A DNA stretch of 64,000 nucleotides from Synergistales bacterium (GCA_963666205.1 OY762654.1:1600001-1664000), one strand, 5' to 3'; shown: positions 28,091-38,678, counted from the first letter of the stretch. Notes: generated from the sequence alone by a model not told the origin. Numbers and translations are program-made.

Positions 28091-28873
28091 TTATGGTATG
28101 GGAAAGTAAATAACGTGGGATCCGTCATCTCTTTCTCGATCGATTACCCTGTAGATTCTGCCCCTGATCCTGTCCCATGCGTAATTACCCATATTCACGA
28201 TCTGACCTGAACCATTAAGAAAGGTGAAGTTCCTGCTTACTGCCCAGTTATTTCCAACATATCCTCTAACAGGTACAGCAAGAGGAAGCTTTCCCTTAAC
28301 TTCTGGCTCGGTCCAGTTTCCAATAACAGGATTCATTTCCTTATCCTTAAGCATATTGATTATCGAAAGATATTCAGCAGGAGCTGTTTTCATAAAGTGG
28401 TACCTTGACCTTGACGACCGGGAAAGGTCGTTTAAAAAATTTCTTGCAAGCCATGCTGAACCTTTCCTGTCCATCCGGACCAGCTCAAGGGATGCAACAT
28501 ATACCGCATCTATAGCTGCAAGAGGTTTTGGAATTATTCCCGGATACCAGAAACCTTCAACATCGTTCCATCTTCTTATATCCGAATCAGGATATAGCTC
28601 ATCGATCAATTTGATAGCGTTAGCAGCTCTTTTTTCTGGATCTATACTTTCATTCCAGAGAGTTCTCCATAGATCATAACCTGTCTTTTTATCAGCCTTG
28701 AGTTTCAGTTCCCTTAAAAGTTCCCCGGCATTTTTTTCCCAGTTTGAAGAATTAAGGTAACTTGAATAAAGCTCATCGAAAGATTTTTCAGAAGCATTTA
28801 TTCGCGGTACATAAAGAGAAAATAGAAGAGAAAATGCAAGGAAATAAAAGATTATTTTTTTTAAATACTTCAT
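28091..28873 (-). CDS. Hypothetical exported protein
   Basis: Signal peptide MKYLKKIIFYFLAFSLLFSLYVPRINA; GAGGTGA RBS before ATG 28873. Confidence 0.75.
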   Translation of the reverse strand: MKYLKKIIFYFLAFSLLFSLYVPRINASEKSFDELYSSYLNSSNWEKNAGELLRELKLKADKKTGYDLWRTLWNESIDPEKRAANAIKLIDELYPDSDIRRWNDVEGFWYPGIIPKPLAAIDAVYVASLELVRMDRKGSAWLARNFLNDLSRSSRSRYHFMKTAPAEYLSIINMLKDKEMNPVIGNWTEPEVKGKLPLAVPVRGYVGNNWAVSRNFTFLNGSGQIVNMGNYAWDRIRGRIYRVIDRERDDGSHVIYFPIP

Positions 28874-29062
28874 TTTTCTCACCTCACAATTTTTTTTTGC
28901 CATTAATGGATTATGGGACATAGATGAAAGTTTTAAAAGTTAGAAGATATAAACAATAATTATAATAATTATAACTTTTATTACCTATATGTAAAGAACA
29001 CTTATACCTGAATAAAACCGGTGGGGAAATAATATAACTGTTTAATTGGTAAAATAGATGAA

Positions 29063-29563
29063 TTAAGAGGGTTTTCTGCTGTTTTCGTCAGATCCGAACC
29101 TTTTTCTGTATGTAGCCTTCAGATTTGCAAGGGCCCTGGCAAGTTTTTCATCATCCAGCCTTTTTTCCATATATTCGAGTTCCCTTTTAACATCCTGAGG
29201 GGAAGGGTTTATTCTTATAGTATTCCGGGTCTGTTGAGATGAAGAGTTTTTTCTTTCCTGCCGTCCAACGTAAACCTTAACACCGGATATATCAAGGTCC
29301 CATATTGATTTTATCCTCTCTCTGACTGTACCAGCCCTCATTTTTACCTGCTGTGCAACAGAAGAGCTTGAAGCAATAACTACAAGATGATCTTCTTCCA
29401 GACCTGAAACACTGCTTTTTCCAGCAAGAAGGGGACCAACAACCTCGATCCAGTTCTGACTTATTTCAGAAATCTTCATTCTCTTTAACACCTTCGGATG
29501 AAGAGCACCTGTTATAAGTCCCGAAAGCTTCCTTGGTCTACTCCTGAACCTTTTCTTCGCCAT
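29063..29563 (-). CDS. DUF721/DciA family replicative helicase loader
   Basis: W.EVVG..LA.KS....L....LVV.A.SS..AQQ signature; origin-proximal. Confidence 0.75.
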   Translation of the reverse strand: MAKKRFRSRPRKLSGLITGALHPKVLKRMKISEISQNWIEVVGPLLAGKSSVSGLEEDHLVVIASSSSVAQQVKMRAGTVRERIKSIWDLDISGVKVYVGRQERKNSSSQQTRNTIRINPSPQDVKRELEYMEKRLDDEKLARALANLKATYRKRFGSDENSRKPS

Positions 29564-31445
29564 TTTTTACCTTCTTCCTCTGTCTCTGGGCATGAAGAAC
29601 GACCGACAGCAATTGGAGGTCCGTTGGAGTAACTCCTGATATACGGCTTGCCTGCCCAAAGGTACCAGGTCTCACCTTTTCAAGCTTCTGGCGGCTTTCT
29701 GAAAGCAATCCCGGAACTGTTCCATAATCAAAATTCTCGGGTATCCTGACCGTTTCCATCTTACTTAGCCTTTTTACCTGCCTGTACTGTCTTTCGATAT
29801 ATCCTTTGTATTTTATCTCTATTGAAATACTGTTTATTTCTTCATCGCTTAAAGTCTGAAGAGGAGGGGAAAAATTAGAAATAAGCCCATAGTCAACTCG
29901 AGGTCTGCTCAAAAGTGTCGCGGCAGGCACAGACTCATCAAGGGGTGCTGATCCAACCTCAGCAAGCCTGTTGTTTAACTCTTCCGAAGATCTTATCCTG
30001 GCATTGTATAACCTTTCAATTTCATCATCGATTTTCTTCCATTTGGAAATCAGAAATTTCCATTTTTCATCATTCACAAGTCCCAGTCTTCTTCCTATCG
30101 GGCAAAGTCTCCTGTCAACATTGTCATGTCTGAGTAGCAATCGGTATTCACATCTGCTCGTTAGCATCCGATAAGGTTCTTTGGTACCCTTGGTCACAAG
30201 GTCATCTATAAGAACACCTATATATGCCTCTGACCTGTCAAGAACAACAGGCTCCTCTCCCTTCAGGTAAAGAACCGCATTTATGGCTGCCATAAGGCCC
30301 TGGGCCCCTGCTTCCTCGTAACCGGATGTTCCGTTTATCTGACCGGCACAGTAAAGTCCCCTTACCCTTTTGGTTTCGAGACTGGGTTTAAGCTGGGTGG
30401 GAGGCATAAAATCATACTCTATGGCATAACCTGGTCGAATTATCTTTGCATTCTGGCATCCTGGTAAGGAATGTGTCATTTCTACCTGTACATCAAAGGG
30501 AAGACTTGTAGAAAAATTCTGCATGTAAATTTCCTTACTGTTCCTTGCTACAGGTTCAAGAAAAACCAGATGGCTGGATTTATCGGGAAATCCCACGACC
30601 TTGGATTCTATGGACGGACAGTACCTTGGGCCAACTCCTTCTATTCTTCCCGAGTAAAGGGGCGAACGGTCGAGGTTGTTCATTATTATTTCGTGGGTCT
30701 GGGGATTGCTCCTGGTTATATAACATGCGATTCCTTCATGGACCTTTTTTTCTCCCCAGATGTCAAAACAGAGGGGTTCATCAGAGCTGTCCTGCCTCTG
30801 AAGGGAATCCCAGTCAACCGTGTCTGCATGGATACGAGGGGTAGTACCCGTCTTCATTCTCCCTACCTCAAAACCAGCTTCCCTCAGTGACCCTGTAAGT
30901 TCCGTTGCTGCCACCTGTCCCAGGGGTCCGGATGGAAATGATGTCATACCTATATGGACAGCCCCTCCAAGATAAGTTCCGGTGGTAAGGATAACTGCAG
31001 GCGCGTAAAACACAAGGCCAAGCCTTGTCTCCACACCTTTTATGCAGTTATTTTCTACAATGATCCCGGTAACTATATCCTGGAAAACATCTAGATTAGC
31101 AGTATTTTCGAGGGCGAGAATATAATGATCGTGATATTCATGAAGGTCACACTGGGCACGAAGAGCCTGAACGGCAGGACCCTTTGATGTATTAAGCCAT
31201 CGTATGTGCATGGTAGAAGCATCGGCTGCCCTTGCCTGTTCTCCTCCAAGGGCAGATATCTCCATTGTAAGGTTCGCCTTTGCCGGACTTCCAATGGAAG
31301 GATTACATGCCATGAGAGCCACATTGTCATGATAAAGGTTTATCATAAGAGTCCTGGAACCCATCCTTGCTGCCGCAAGAGATGCCTCGCATCCGGCATG
31401 TCCTCCGCCTACGACAATAACATCATAATCTGAACTTATATCCAT
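29538..31445 (-). CDS. mnmG: tRNA uridine-5-carboxymethylaminomethyl(34) synthesis enzyme MnmG
   Basis: GGGHAGCEA, MACNPSIG, KTGTTPR, GPRYCPSIE, AGQINGTSGYEEA, EPYRMLTSR. Confidence 0.97.
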   Translation of the reverse strand: MDISSDYDVIVVGGGHAGCEASLAAARMGSRTLMINLYHDNVALMACNPSIGSPAKANLTMEISALGGEQARAADASTMHIRWLNTSKGPAVQALRAQCDLHEYHDHYILALENTANLDVFQDIVTGIIVENNCIKGVETRLGLVFYAPAVILTTGTYLGGAVHIGMTSFPSGPLGQVAATELTGSLREAGFEVGRMKTGTTPRIHADTVDWDSLQRQDSSDEPLCFDIWGEKKVHEGIACYITRSNPQTHEIIMNNLDRSPLYSGRIEGVGPRYCPSIESKVVGFPDKSSHLVFLEPVARNSKEIYMQNFSTSLPFDVQVEMTHSLPGCQNAKIIRPGYAIEYDFMPPTQLKPSLETKRVRGLYCAGQINGTSGYEEAGAQGLMAAINAVLYLKGEEPVVLDRSEAYIGVLIDDLVTKGTKEPYRMLTSRCEYRLLLRHDNVDRRLCPIGRRLGLVNDEKWKFLISKWKKIDDEIERLYNARIRSSEELNNRLAEVGSAPLDESVPAATLLSRPRVDYGLISNFSPPLQTLSDEEINSISIEIKYKGYIERQYRQVKRLSKMETVRIPENFDYGTVPGLLSESRQKLEKVRPGTFGQASRISGVTPTDLQLLSVVLHAQRQRKKVKNGEEKVQE

Positions 31446-31515
31446 GGTCCTCACCTTTTATCCCGGATTTGCATACTCTTATCCTGATCTGAATTATATA
31501 TCAACTGACCTTCGG

Positions 31516-32310
31516 CTAAATGACCTCGAACTCTATTATGCCCAATTTACCGTAATCTGCCCTGTAATTTCCCTTTTCGGCCAATACCATGGAACCCATA
31601 GCACCTGTCAGGAGAAAGTGACCCTTCCTGATGGTATATCCGTCTTCAATTATCCTGTTGACAAGCCAGAGTGAAGACTCCCACTGGTCATCTTTCCAGG
31701 TATTGCTCCCGACTCCGCTGTCTATTTTCCTACCTTCATGGTAAAGGCATACTTCTGCATTATTGATATCAAATTTATCTGAAGAAATCCTTATTCCTTC
31801 CAGAGAACCGGAAGCTATAACGTTACAGGCAATCAGGTCAACCACTTTATAATTATCAAGATCAGCAAAATTATGATCGGGAAATTCAATAGCAGGCATT
31901 ACCTCTGCTATTAGATCTTTCATTTCCTTCACGCTACTGACAGGACTGGAAATATCCGATCCTGGAACAAGTCCTATCTCGGTTTCAATTATCATCTGCC
32001 CTGAAGGATAATAAGGAATCCTTCTTTCAAGGCAATTTCCCGAAGAATATAGAACGCCCGAAAGGGGTTCATTATAGTCAAATTTATTCTGGGCACCAGA
32101 AGTACATAAGCCTGCTTTGAAACCGCATATCTCGTCTGAAGCAAGTCTTGAATGAAGATATGCCTTCTGAACCAAATAGGCTTCTGAGGGAGTTATTCCA
32201 GGCTTCAGCATGGAAGCAAGGGGAATTTTTTCTCCATCTCTATACGCTTTGAATATCTGATCGGCAATTCTCTTTATTTCTCTCATGGAAATGCTTTTGC
32301 TCAATTTCAT
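31516..32310 (-). CDS. 2-keto-4-pentenoate hydratase-like protein (FAA hydrolase superfamily)
   Basis: AY.VQ, GFKAGL..S..AQ, EP..G.L, IETEIG, PAIE.PD, LIA.N, LLTGA. ATG 32310 overlaps the recF stop (ATGA). Confidence 0.8.
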   Translation of the reverse strand: MKLSKSISMREIKRIADQIFKAYRDGEKIPLASMLKPGITPSEAYLVQKAYLHSRLASDEICGFKAGLCTSGAQNKFDYNEPLSGVLYSSGNCLERRIPYYPSGQMIIETEIGLVPGSDISSPVSSVKEMKDLIAEVMPAIEFPDHNFADLDNYKVVDLIACNVIASGSLEGIRISSDKFDINNAEVCLYHEGRKIDSGVGSNTWKDDQWESSLWLVNRIIEDGYTIRKGHFLLTGAMGSMVLAEKGNYRADYGKLGIIEFEVI

Positions 32311-33392
32311 ATTCTCCTTCCAGGATGAGGTATTGAGTTCTTTTCTATCCTGCCATTCTTTACTTCCCACACTGCTCCGGGCCAATTCTTTATGTTGTTC
32401 TCTGCTGTGGCTGCAAATACCTGCCATGAACACTCAGCAAGAGATTTTACCATTACTTCCCTTCCCCGTTCATCGAGTTCTGCCGCTATTTCATCAAGAA
32501 TGAGGATGGGTTTCCGTCTTAAACGCCTTTCAACAGCCCAGGCAGCAGCCAGCATCAAAGCCACAGACGCCCTTCTTCGATGGCCCCTGCTGAATTTTTC
32601 AGAAGCATTCTGATCTCCGCAGGTCATTATAATATCGTCCCTCTGTGGACCAACCAGGGGTATCCTGTATTTCTGTTCTTCTTTCCGTCTCAGTTCAATG
32701 GATTCCCAGAAATCCTGCAAAGGGTCTTCCACACCAATTGAACCTCCCCTTATATGTTTCAGATCCAGATTTCCGGGAAGAAGATCAGGAAAGGAAGAAA
32801 GACCAGCACATACAAGATCCATGGCAGTTATCCTGGATGACCATATCCAGGATACAAGGGGAGCCAGAACCTTTGAAGTAATACCCGTATCCCTACCCTG
32901 CTTAAGAAGTACAGTACGATGCCTTAATGCCCTTTTGCAGTCATTTAATCTGCTGGCATAAAGGGGAAAAATAAGGGCACATATCCTGTCCATATATCTT
33001 CTTCTTCCTGAAGGAGAACCATCTATCAGGGAAAGGTCTCCCGGGAGAAAGGCAAGGGCAGGGATTCTGGACCTGACCGATGAAAAATTGGATTTTTTCC
33101 CATCACAGCTGATAATATTACTGGAACCCATCGCAGTATATATCTCAATATGTTCTTCTCCAGCAAAAAATCCCTTCATAAGAGTCTGTTCAGAAGGCTG
33201 GTTCCAGTTAACAAGAGATGATTTTCGAAGTGACCTGAATGGCCCCCACCCAGTAAGAAGATGCAGAGTTTCAAGGGTATTTGTCTTCCCTGAACCGTTC
33301 TCACCAATAAGAAGATTAAGCCCCATGGACCATTCAAGTCTCTGGGGCTTAAGATTTCTGAAATTACGGTTTGCAGAAGATATGCAGTACAT
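32307..33392 (-). CDS. recF: DNA replication and repair protein RecF
   Basis: NFRNL, GENGSGKTN.LE, GSPSGRRRY.D, GPQRDD, SRG, LILDEIAAELD. Confidence 0.93.
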   Translation of the reverse strand: MYCISSANRNFRNLKPQRLEWSMGLNLLIGENGSGKTNTLETLHLLTGWGPFRSLRKSSLVNWNQPSEQTLMKGFFAGEEHIEIYTAMGSSNIISCDGKKSNFSSVRSRIPALAFLPGDLSLIDGSPSGRRRYMDRICALIFPLYASRLNDCKRALRHRTVLLKQGRDTGITSKVLAPLVSWIWSSRITAMDLVCAGLSSFPDLLPGNLDLKHIRGGSIGVEDPLQDFWESIELRRKEEQKYRIPLVGPQRDDIIMTCGDQNASEKFSRGHRRRASVALMLAAAWAVERRLRRKPILILDEIAAELDERGREVMVKSLAECSWQVFAATAENNIKNWPGAVWEVKNGRIEKNSIPHPGRRI

Positions 33393-33396
33393 CTTC

Positions 33397-34575
33397 CTAT
33401 TCTGAAGCTTCTCCTTCTTCAGTGTCTTCTTCTATGGAGGAAATATCGCTATCAGTAAGTTTGATCGGCATAAGCATGTAAAGGAAATCATCCCGATTGG
33501 GTCTCAGCATTGTCATCTGACCTTCAGGTCCGTTAAATGTAAGATATACCCTTTCACCCTGTACAGCCTTCAGACCATCGACAAGGTAACCGACGTTGAA
33601 GGCTATAACAAGGGGTTCACCATCTATGGCTGCATCGAGTACTTCCCTTGCTTCTCCTATTTCGGGAGCCCTTCCGCTCAGAGTAAGGTCTCCTTCGGGA
33701 GACATTTTCATAAGTACCATCCTACTGAAATCCCTTACCACAATATCAACTCTCTCGAGTGCTGATATGAATTCAGATCTCCTGATTTCCATGCTGGAAG
33801 TGGTAAGAGGATTAAGTATCTTCTCATAATTGGGGAAAGAAGATTCTATCCGTCGAATGGAGAACTCTATTCCATCAAGCTGAAAATAAGCAAGAGAATT
33901 ATCGATAAGTATCCTTACTGGAGCGTTTTCATCTATACTTCCAGCTATTCTGAGAAGCTCCTTTAAACCTGTAAGGGGAAGGAGCATTTCACTATTATCG
34001 CCACATTCTTCCACCATACACTTCGATAAAGATAATCTTCTTCCATCCGTGGAGACCACCCTGACTTCTTTTTCTTTCAGCTGGATAAGGGCAGAACCAA
34101 GGTACTTTGGAAATTCTTCTCCTACTGAACCTGCAACAGTACCCTCGGTGAATATTCTGATAAGCTCTGAAACTTTAATATCACAAAAAAGATCTGCACT
34201 TTCGGAAGAAGGAAGATTAGGAAATTCTTCAGGGGAATATGTGGTAAAACGGTATCTGTTCCTCCCGGCAATAAGAGTTCCTCTCCCATCCTTGTTTATA
34301 TCGACTGAAAATGTCTGGGTAGGAGCTTTCTTGAAAAGCTCACCAACTACTTTTATTGGAAAAACTATATCTCCCGCTTCTTCCACAACCACACCGGAGG
34401 CCCTGCATTTTACAGATGTTTTAAGGTCTGTAGCTTCAAGGGTCACTTCAGAAGAGTTTTTGTTGGCCCGGCAAAATATTCCGGCCAGACTGTTTATGGT
34501 ACTTTTTGAACTTGTTGCCCTTTCTGCGATCTGCCAGCTTTTCATGAACGATGATCTTTCAACCTGGAGTTTCAT
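33397..34575 (-). CDS. dnaN: DNA polymerase III beta sliding clamp
   Basis: ATDL, EEFP.LP, STDGRRL, FPNY, IAFNV.YL.D, YMLMPI; directly downstream of dnaA. Confidence 0.97.
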   Translation of the reverse strand: MKLQVERSSFMKSWQIAERATSSKSTINSLAGIFCRANKNSSEVTLEATDLKTSVKCRASGVVVEEAGDIVFPIKVVGELFKKAPTQTFSVDINKDGRGTLIAGRNRYRFTTYSPEEFPNLPSSESADLFCDIKVSELIRIFTEGTVAGSVGEEFPKYLGSALIQLKEKEVRVVSTDGRRLSLSKCMVEECGDNSEMLLPLTGLKELLRIAGSIDENAPVRILIDNSLAYFQLDGIEFSIRRIESSFPNYEKILNPLTTSSMEIRRSEFISALERVDIVVRDFSRMVLMKMSPEGDLTLSGRAPEIGEAREVLDAAIDGEPLVIAFNVGYLVDGLKAVQGERVYLTFNGPEGQMTMLRPNRDDFLYMLMPIKLTDSDISSIEEDTEEGEASE

Positions 34576-34589
34576 GTTATCCCCTCCCT

Positions 34590-34840
34590 TATTGCTTCTT
34601 TATCTTTTAAATATAAGTAATATAGTAGTTCTAGTAGTAAGGTATGTGTATTTGTGGAAAACTATTATTTAATACTGGCGTTACACGCTTTTTACTGTGA
34701 ATAAATTTGTGCTGAACCCTGTCGGGTTATACACACTATCCACATAGCAATTGTGAAAAAGTAAGTATTTCTTTAGTGTCCACAATCTATTTTCAGCAGA
34801 ATCACCCTTAAATCACAGTTTTTCCTCTATGTTATCCACA
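34590..34840. other. oriC: oriC, unwinding sub-region (dnaA-dnaN intergenic)
   Basis: DnaA boxes at 34653, 34696, 34727, 34736, 34752, 34776, 34832. TAG-triplet run (34623-34640) next to an AT-rich tract. Confidence 0.85.
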
Positions 34841-36147
34841 ATTTTTTTAACCCTGGGCTGTTCTACAAGGAGTTTGTCCACTTTTCTCTGGGCATGGAGA
34901 ACCGTGGTATGGTCTTTTTTGTTAAAGGCAAATCCTATCTGCTGAAGACTTGATTCAGTATGTTTTCTCGAAAGGTACATGGCTATCTGTCTTGCAAAAG
35001 CTATCTGGGATGTTCTTTTACTGCTTTTAAGGTCTTCTACAGTAAAACTGAAATTTTCTGCCACTATCTGTTGAATTGTTTCTACACTCACAGGACCATG
35101 TGAAACATGCCGGATAACATCTTTAAGCCATATGGCGGCATTCTCCACTGTCATGGGTTCACTGTTGAGGGCAGAACAGGCTATTATCCTGTTCAGGGCC
35201 CCCTCAAGTTCTCTTATATTGCTTGGAACATTATTTGCAAGGAAATCTATTATCTCAGCAGGAATTGAGGCATTACGGCTCTGAGCCTTGGTTTCCAGAA
35301 TGGCCATCCTGGTCTCGAAATCGGGTAATTGAATATCTGTAACAAGTCCCCATTCGAAACGGCTTACCAGCCTGTCCTCTATGCTCTGGATATCTTTGGG
35401 AGGCCGGTCAGAACTTATGACGATCTGTTTTTTTGAGTTATGGAGACTGTTAAAAGTATGGAAAAATTCTTCCTGGGTGCTTTCCTTGTTAGCAAGAAAC
35501 TGGATATCGTCTATAAGCAGAATATCTACATTGCGGTATTTTGATTTGAATTCCTGTGTACGGTTGTTCTTGATCGAAGTTATGAGCTCATTGGTGAACT
35601 TTTCAGAGCTTACATATGTAACCTTGAGATTACTTCCCTTATTGCTGTCCAGATAATAGTGTCCTATGGCATGCATAAGATGTGTCTTTCCAAGACCTAC
35701 ACCTCCCCATATGAAAAGGGGATTATATGCTTCACCCGGAGTTTCGGCTACGGCAAGACTTGCAGCATGGGCAAGACGATTGGATTTTCCAACGACGAAA
35801 TTTCCGAAGACATAACTGGGATTAAGACCGGATCGTGGATTTAAAACCGGAGAGGCCTGTGCAGCCTTTTCCGCTCTTTTCTGTTCGTCCTTCTTGGCTT
35901 CTGCGGCGACCTTCATCTCGATCCTTTCCGCAAAACCCTTTTCTATGACGAGCTCGGTAAGATCTTCCAGAAATCTGGATGAGATCTGTTCTTTTACGAA
36001 TACATTAGGTACATCAAGTAGAAGGATATTATCCTCAATGGAAAGGGGAACACATGTTTTAAGCCATATATCCGAAGCCCCTTTATCAAGTTTTTCTTCT
36101 GCAGTTTCGAGAATATCCTGCCATATTTCCTTTACGTTTTGCTCCAA
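34813..36147 (-). CDS. dnaA: Chromosomal replication initiator DnaA
   Basis: YNPLFIWGGVGLGKTHL, LLIDDIQF, QEEFFHTFN, SRFEWGL, NIRELEGAL, ARQIAMY, KDHTTVLHA. Probable TTG start at 36147. Confidence 0.98.
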   Translation of the reverse strand: MEQNVKEIWQDILETAEEKLDKGASDIWLKTCVPLSIEDNILLLDVPNVFVKEQISSRFLEDLTELVIEKGFAERIEMKVAAEAKKDEQKRAEKAAQASPVLNPRSGLNPSYVFGNFVVGKSNRLAHAASLAVAETPGEAYNPLFIWGGVGLGKTHLMHAIGHYYLDSNKGSNLKVTYVSSEKFTNELITSIKNNRTQEFKSKYRNVDILLIDDIQFLANKESTQEEFFHTFNSLHNSKKQIVISSDRPPKDIQSIEDRLVSRFEWGLVTDIQLPDFETRMAILETKAQSRNASIPAEIIDFLANNVPSNIRELEGALNRIIACSALNSEPMTVENAAIWLKDVIRHVSHGPVSVETIQQIVAENFSFTVEDLKSSKRTSQIAFARQIAMYLSRKHTESSLQQIGFAFNKKDHTTVLHAQRKVDKLLVEQPRVKKIVDNIEEKL

Positions 36148-36184
36148 GACCTTCACCCCTGATAACACAATCTTGACCACAAGC

Positions 36185-36525
36185 CAACTAATCCACAAAA
36201 GTTATCCACATATCCACAGTTATGCACTCGCTCTGTGTATAAATCTGACCAGCGAAGTTGCTGATTATAACAGCTTTTTTATAAAAAAAATTCCTGTCAA
36301 GGAAGACTGATCAAGTTTCACCAAATGGGAATAGCGGTATTTCCACATATTTATCCACACGATATTCACGGGAGTGGATAAATAGATAGCCTCCGGGAGT
36401 ATTTCAAGAATACAACAACAATCGGGACTCCAGAGGAGTTTAGACAGTCCAGACTGAATAATAACATAGGATAGAGCTCTTTTGTGTATAACATGTCAGG
36501 ATTTTCCCATTATGGTGGATAACTT
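36185..36525. promoter_or_regulatory. oriC, second sub-region / dnaA promoter with DnaA-box array
   Basis: TAATCCACA 36189, TTATCCACA 36202 and 36351, ATATCCACA 36210, TGTGTATAA 36234 and 36483, ATTTCCACA 36339, AGTGGATAA 36373, GGTGGATAA 36514. Confidence 0.85.
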
Positions 36526-36609
36526 ACTACTTAAGGCCCATTTTTTCATATACAATAGCTTTACAAAATGAACAGAAATAGAAGAGAAAAACACCGAGGA
36601 GGTATTTTC

Positions 36610-37623
36610 TTGAATTTTCCACAGAACCTGCTTCACATAATCAGCCACACCGACCTGGATGGAATAGTATCTGCGGCCCTGGCCTGGCATTTAAACTATG
36701 GGAGATATCCTCTGAAAGTAACCCTTGCGGGTTACGGTACGGTGGATAACCTCATACAGGAAAGCCTTCAGAAGGAAGAATCCTTTATGGTTCTCGACCT
36801 GTTCTGCCAGTATGACCGTACTGTAGACGAGATTGATAAACGTTTCCTGGAAGGAAGCCAGCCACTGGTCTTCGATCATCATGAAAGTAATTTTTCAAAA
36901 TATTCCAACAGACCATGGCTTGAGCTTGATATAAACTACTGTGCAGCCAGAGTGTACTTTAACTGGGTAAAGTCTACTTCTTCTGACACCGGAACCCTTT
37001 CAATGCTTAAAGATCTTGAAACCATAACAGGGATAGCTAACGACAGGGATCTCTGGATAAATGCCATACCTGAAAGCAGGTTATGGCATGCTCTTGTGAC
37101 CCTGTGCGGTCCCTGGAGCGTTTTTACAAGGCTTGTTGCAGATCCATCGGGAGATCTGAATTCCAATGAGAAGGCCATAGCCAGGGCTTTCGTGGAAGAT
37201 CAGGAGAAGAGGTTTATAAGGGCCGTCGAATCAATAAAGAGTAATGGCAGGGATCTTTCTTTTCTTGGAAACGGGATCCTGGAATTTGGTGATGTATCCG
37301 ATTTTGGAGGTCTTGTCCTTGACAGGATGGATTCTCCTCCCCTCCTTCTGGCCGTCGCGACGAGAAGGTTCAGGGGAGACTGGGCTGTTTCCCTTCGAAG
37401 CAGAGATGGTTTTGCCGGCAGAGTTTCGGGGATTCTTCAGGATGGGAAGAAAGTAAGAGGAGGAGGACATGAAAATGCCGCAGCACTGTATTTCCCGCCT
37501 TCCTATTCTGAAACAAGGATCCGTGAAAGCCTGGAAACGGCACTTCATACCTTGAAGGAACAGGAAAAACCCATGGGAGCCACGCTGGGAGACTTGTTCA
37601 GGGATTTATCAGATAATAAATAA
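36610..37623 (+). CDS. DHH/DHHA1 family phosphoesterase (NrnB/oligoribonuclease-like)
   Basis: SHTDLDG, VLDL, FDHH, CAA, DRDLW, SLRS, GGGH..AA. TTG 36610 follows GAGGAGGT. Confidence 0.85.
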   Translation: MNFPQNLLHIISHTDLDGIVSAALAWHLNYGRYPLKVTLAGYGTVDNLIQESLQKEESFMVLDLFCQYDRTVDEIDKRFLEGSQPLVFDHHESNFSKYSNRPWLELDINYCAARVYFNWVKSTSSDTGTLSMLKDLETITGIANDRDLWINAIPESRLWHALVTLCGPWSVFTRLVADPSGDLNSNEKAIARAFVEDQEKRFIRAVESIKSNGRDLSFLGNGILEFGDVSDFGGLVLDRMDSPPLLLAVATRRFRGDWAVSLRSRDGFAGRVSGILQDGKKVRGGGHENAAALYFPPSYSETRIRESLETALHTLKEQEKPMGATLGDLFRDLSDNK

Positions 37624-37694
37624 AAGAAGTATGTACTATGGGGAAAATATCCGTGAACAAGCAATTTATCTTGTTCTGGTGAAGGAAGAATACA

Positions 37695-38678
37695 ATGCAT
37701 AAAATACTTTTTTCTCTCTCTCTCATAATATCGGGAGTTTTTTCCGGCTATATTATCCAGTTGAAAGTTCAGAAGGGATCACTCAAGCTTCCCCTGGATC
37801 TTGCTTTTCTCAGACTGAATATCCAGAAGGCCGTAATTCTATTCATTGTTCCGGTAACGGTCATAGGAGCACTCTGGAAAATTGAGTTCGATGATATAAG
37901 ACTGGCGGCCTTTCCTATCCTGGGAGCATCTCATTATATTTTTGGCGGTATTTTTGCTCTTCTTGCTGCAAAATTGCTTAAACTTGACAGGAAAAAAACG
38001 GGTTCCCTTTTCTGCTGCGGTTTTTTCAGCAATATAGGATCCGTGGGAGGCCTCGTTGTTTATACTTTCCTTGGAGAGGAAGGCTTTGCCCTGGTTCCCG
38101 TATATCACCTTTTCGGTCAGCTTTTTTATTACACGGTAGGATTCCCCATAGCAAGGTTCTACAGCTCAAGCCATAAAGAGGGGGACCCTCTGCTGGTAGT
38201 TATCCGAAGAGTTTTTTCGGATAAATTTGTAAGGGCAACTGTAAGTGCCATAGTAATAGGGAGTTTACTTAATATATCCGGAATAGATAGACCGGCTTTT
38301 TACGGTGTTGTAAATTCTATTTTCATTCCTGTTGCTGCTTTCCTCATGCTTGTATCAATAGGGCTGGCAATGCGTTTCAGCAAGGTATGGTCATATCCGG
38401 GGGAATGTATGGCCATCGGGATCATTAGAATGATAATAATGCCCATGGTTCTTCCCCTGATAGCATTTTTTCTGGGTTACCATACCCTGATGGGAGGAAT
38501 TGCTTTCAGAGTGGTCATAATATTGTCTTTCATGCCCGTTGCTTTTATAGGGATGATCCCCCCTTCAATTTACGATCTCGATATTGACCTTTCAAATTCA
38601 TGCTGGCTTTTTTCCACAGCTAGCCTTATATTTATTATTCCTGTTTTGTACCTGATCCTTTCGGTTATCCCCTTCTGA
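37695..38678 (+). CDS. AEC (auxin efflux carrier / Mem_trans) family transporter
   Basis: About 10 TM segments, F.NIG..G, L.SIGL, MPVA...P..Y.LD motifs. Confidence 0.8.
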   Translation: MHKILFSLSLIISGVFSGYIIQLKVQKGSLKLPLDLAFLRLNIQKAVILFIVPVTVIGALWKIEFDDIRLAAFPILGASHYIFGGIFALLAAKLLKLDRKKTGSLFCCGFFSNIGSVGGLVVYTFLGEEGFALVPVYHLFGQLFYYTVGFPIARFYSSSHKEGDPLLVVIRRVFSDKFVRATVSAIVIGSLLNISGIDRPAFYGVVNSIFIPVAAFLMLVSIGLAMRFSKVWSYPGECMAIGIIRMIIMPMVLPLIAFFLGYHTLMGGIAFRVVIILSFMPVAFIGMIPPSIYDLDIDLSNSCWLFSTASLIFIIPVLYLILSVIPF

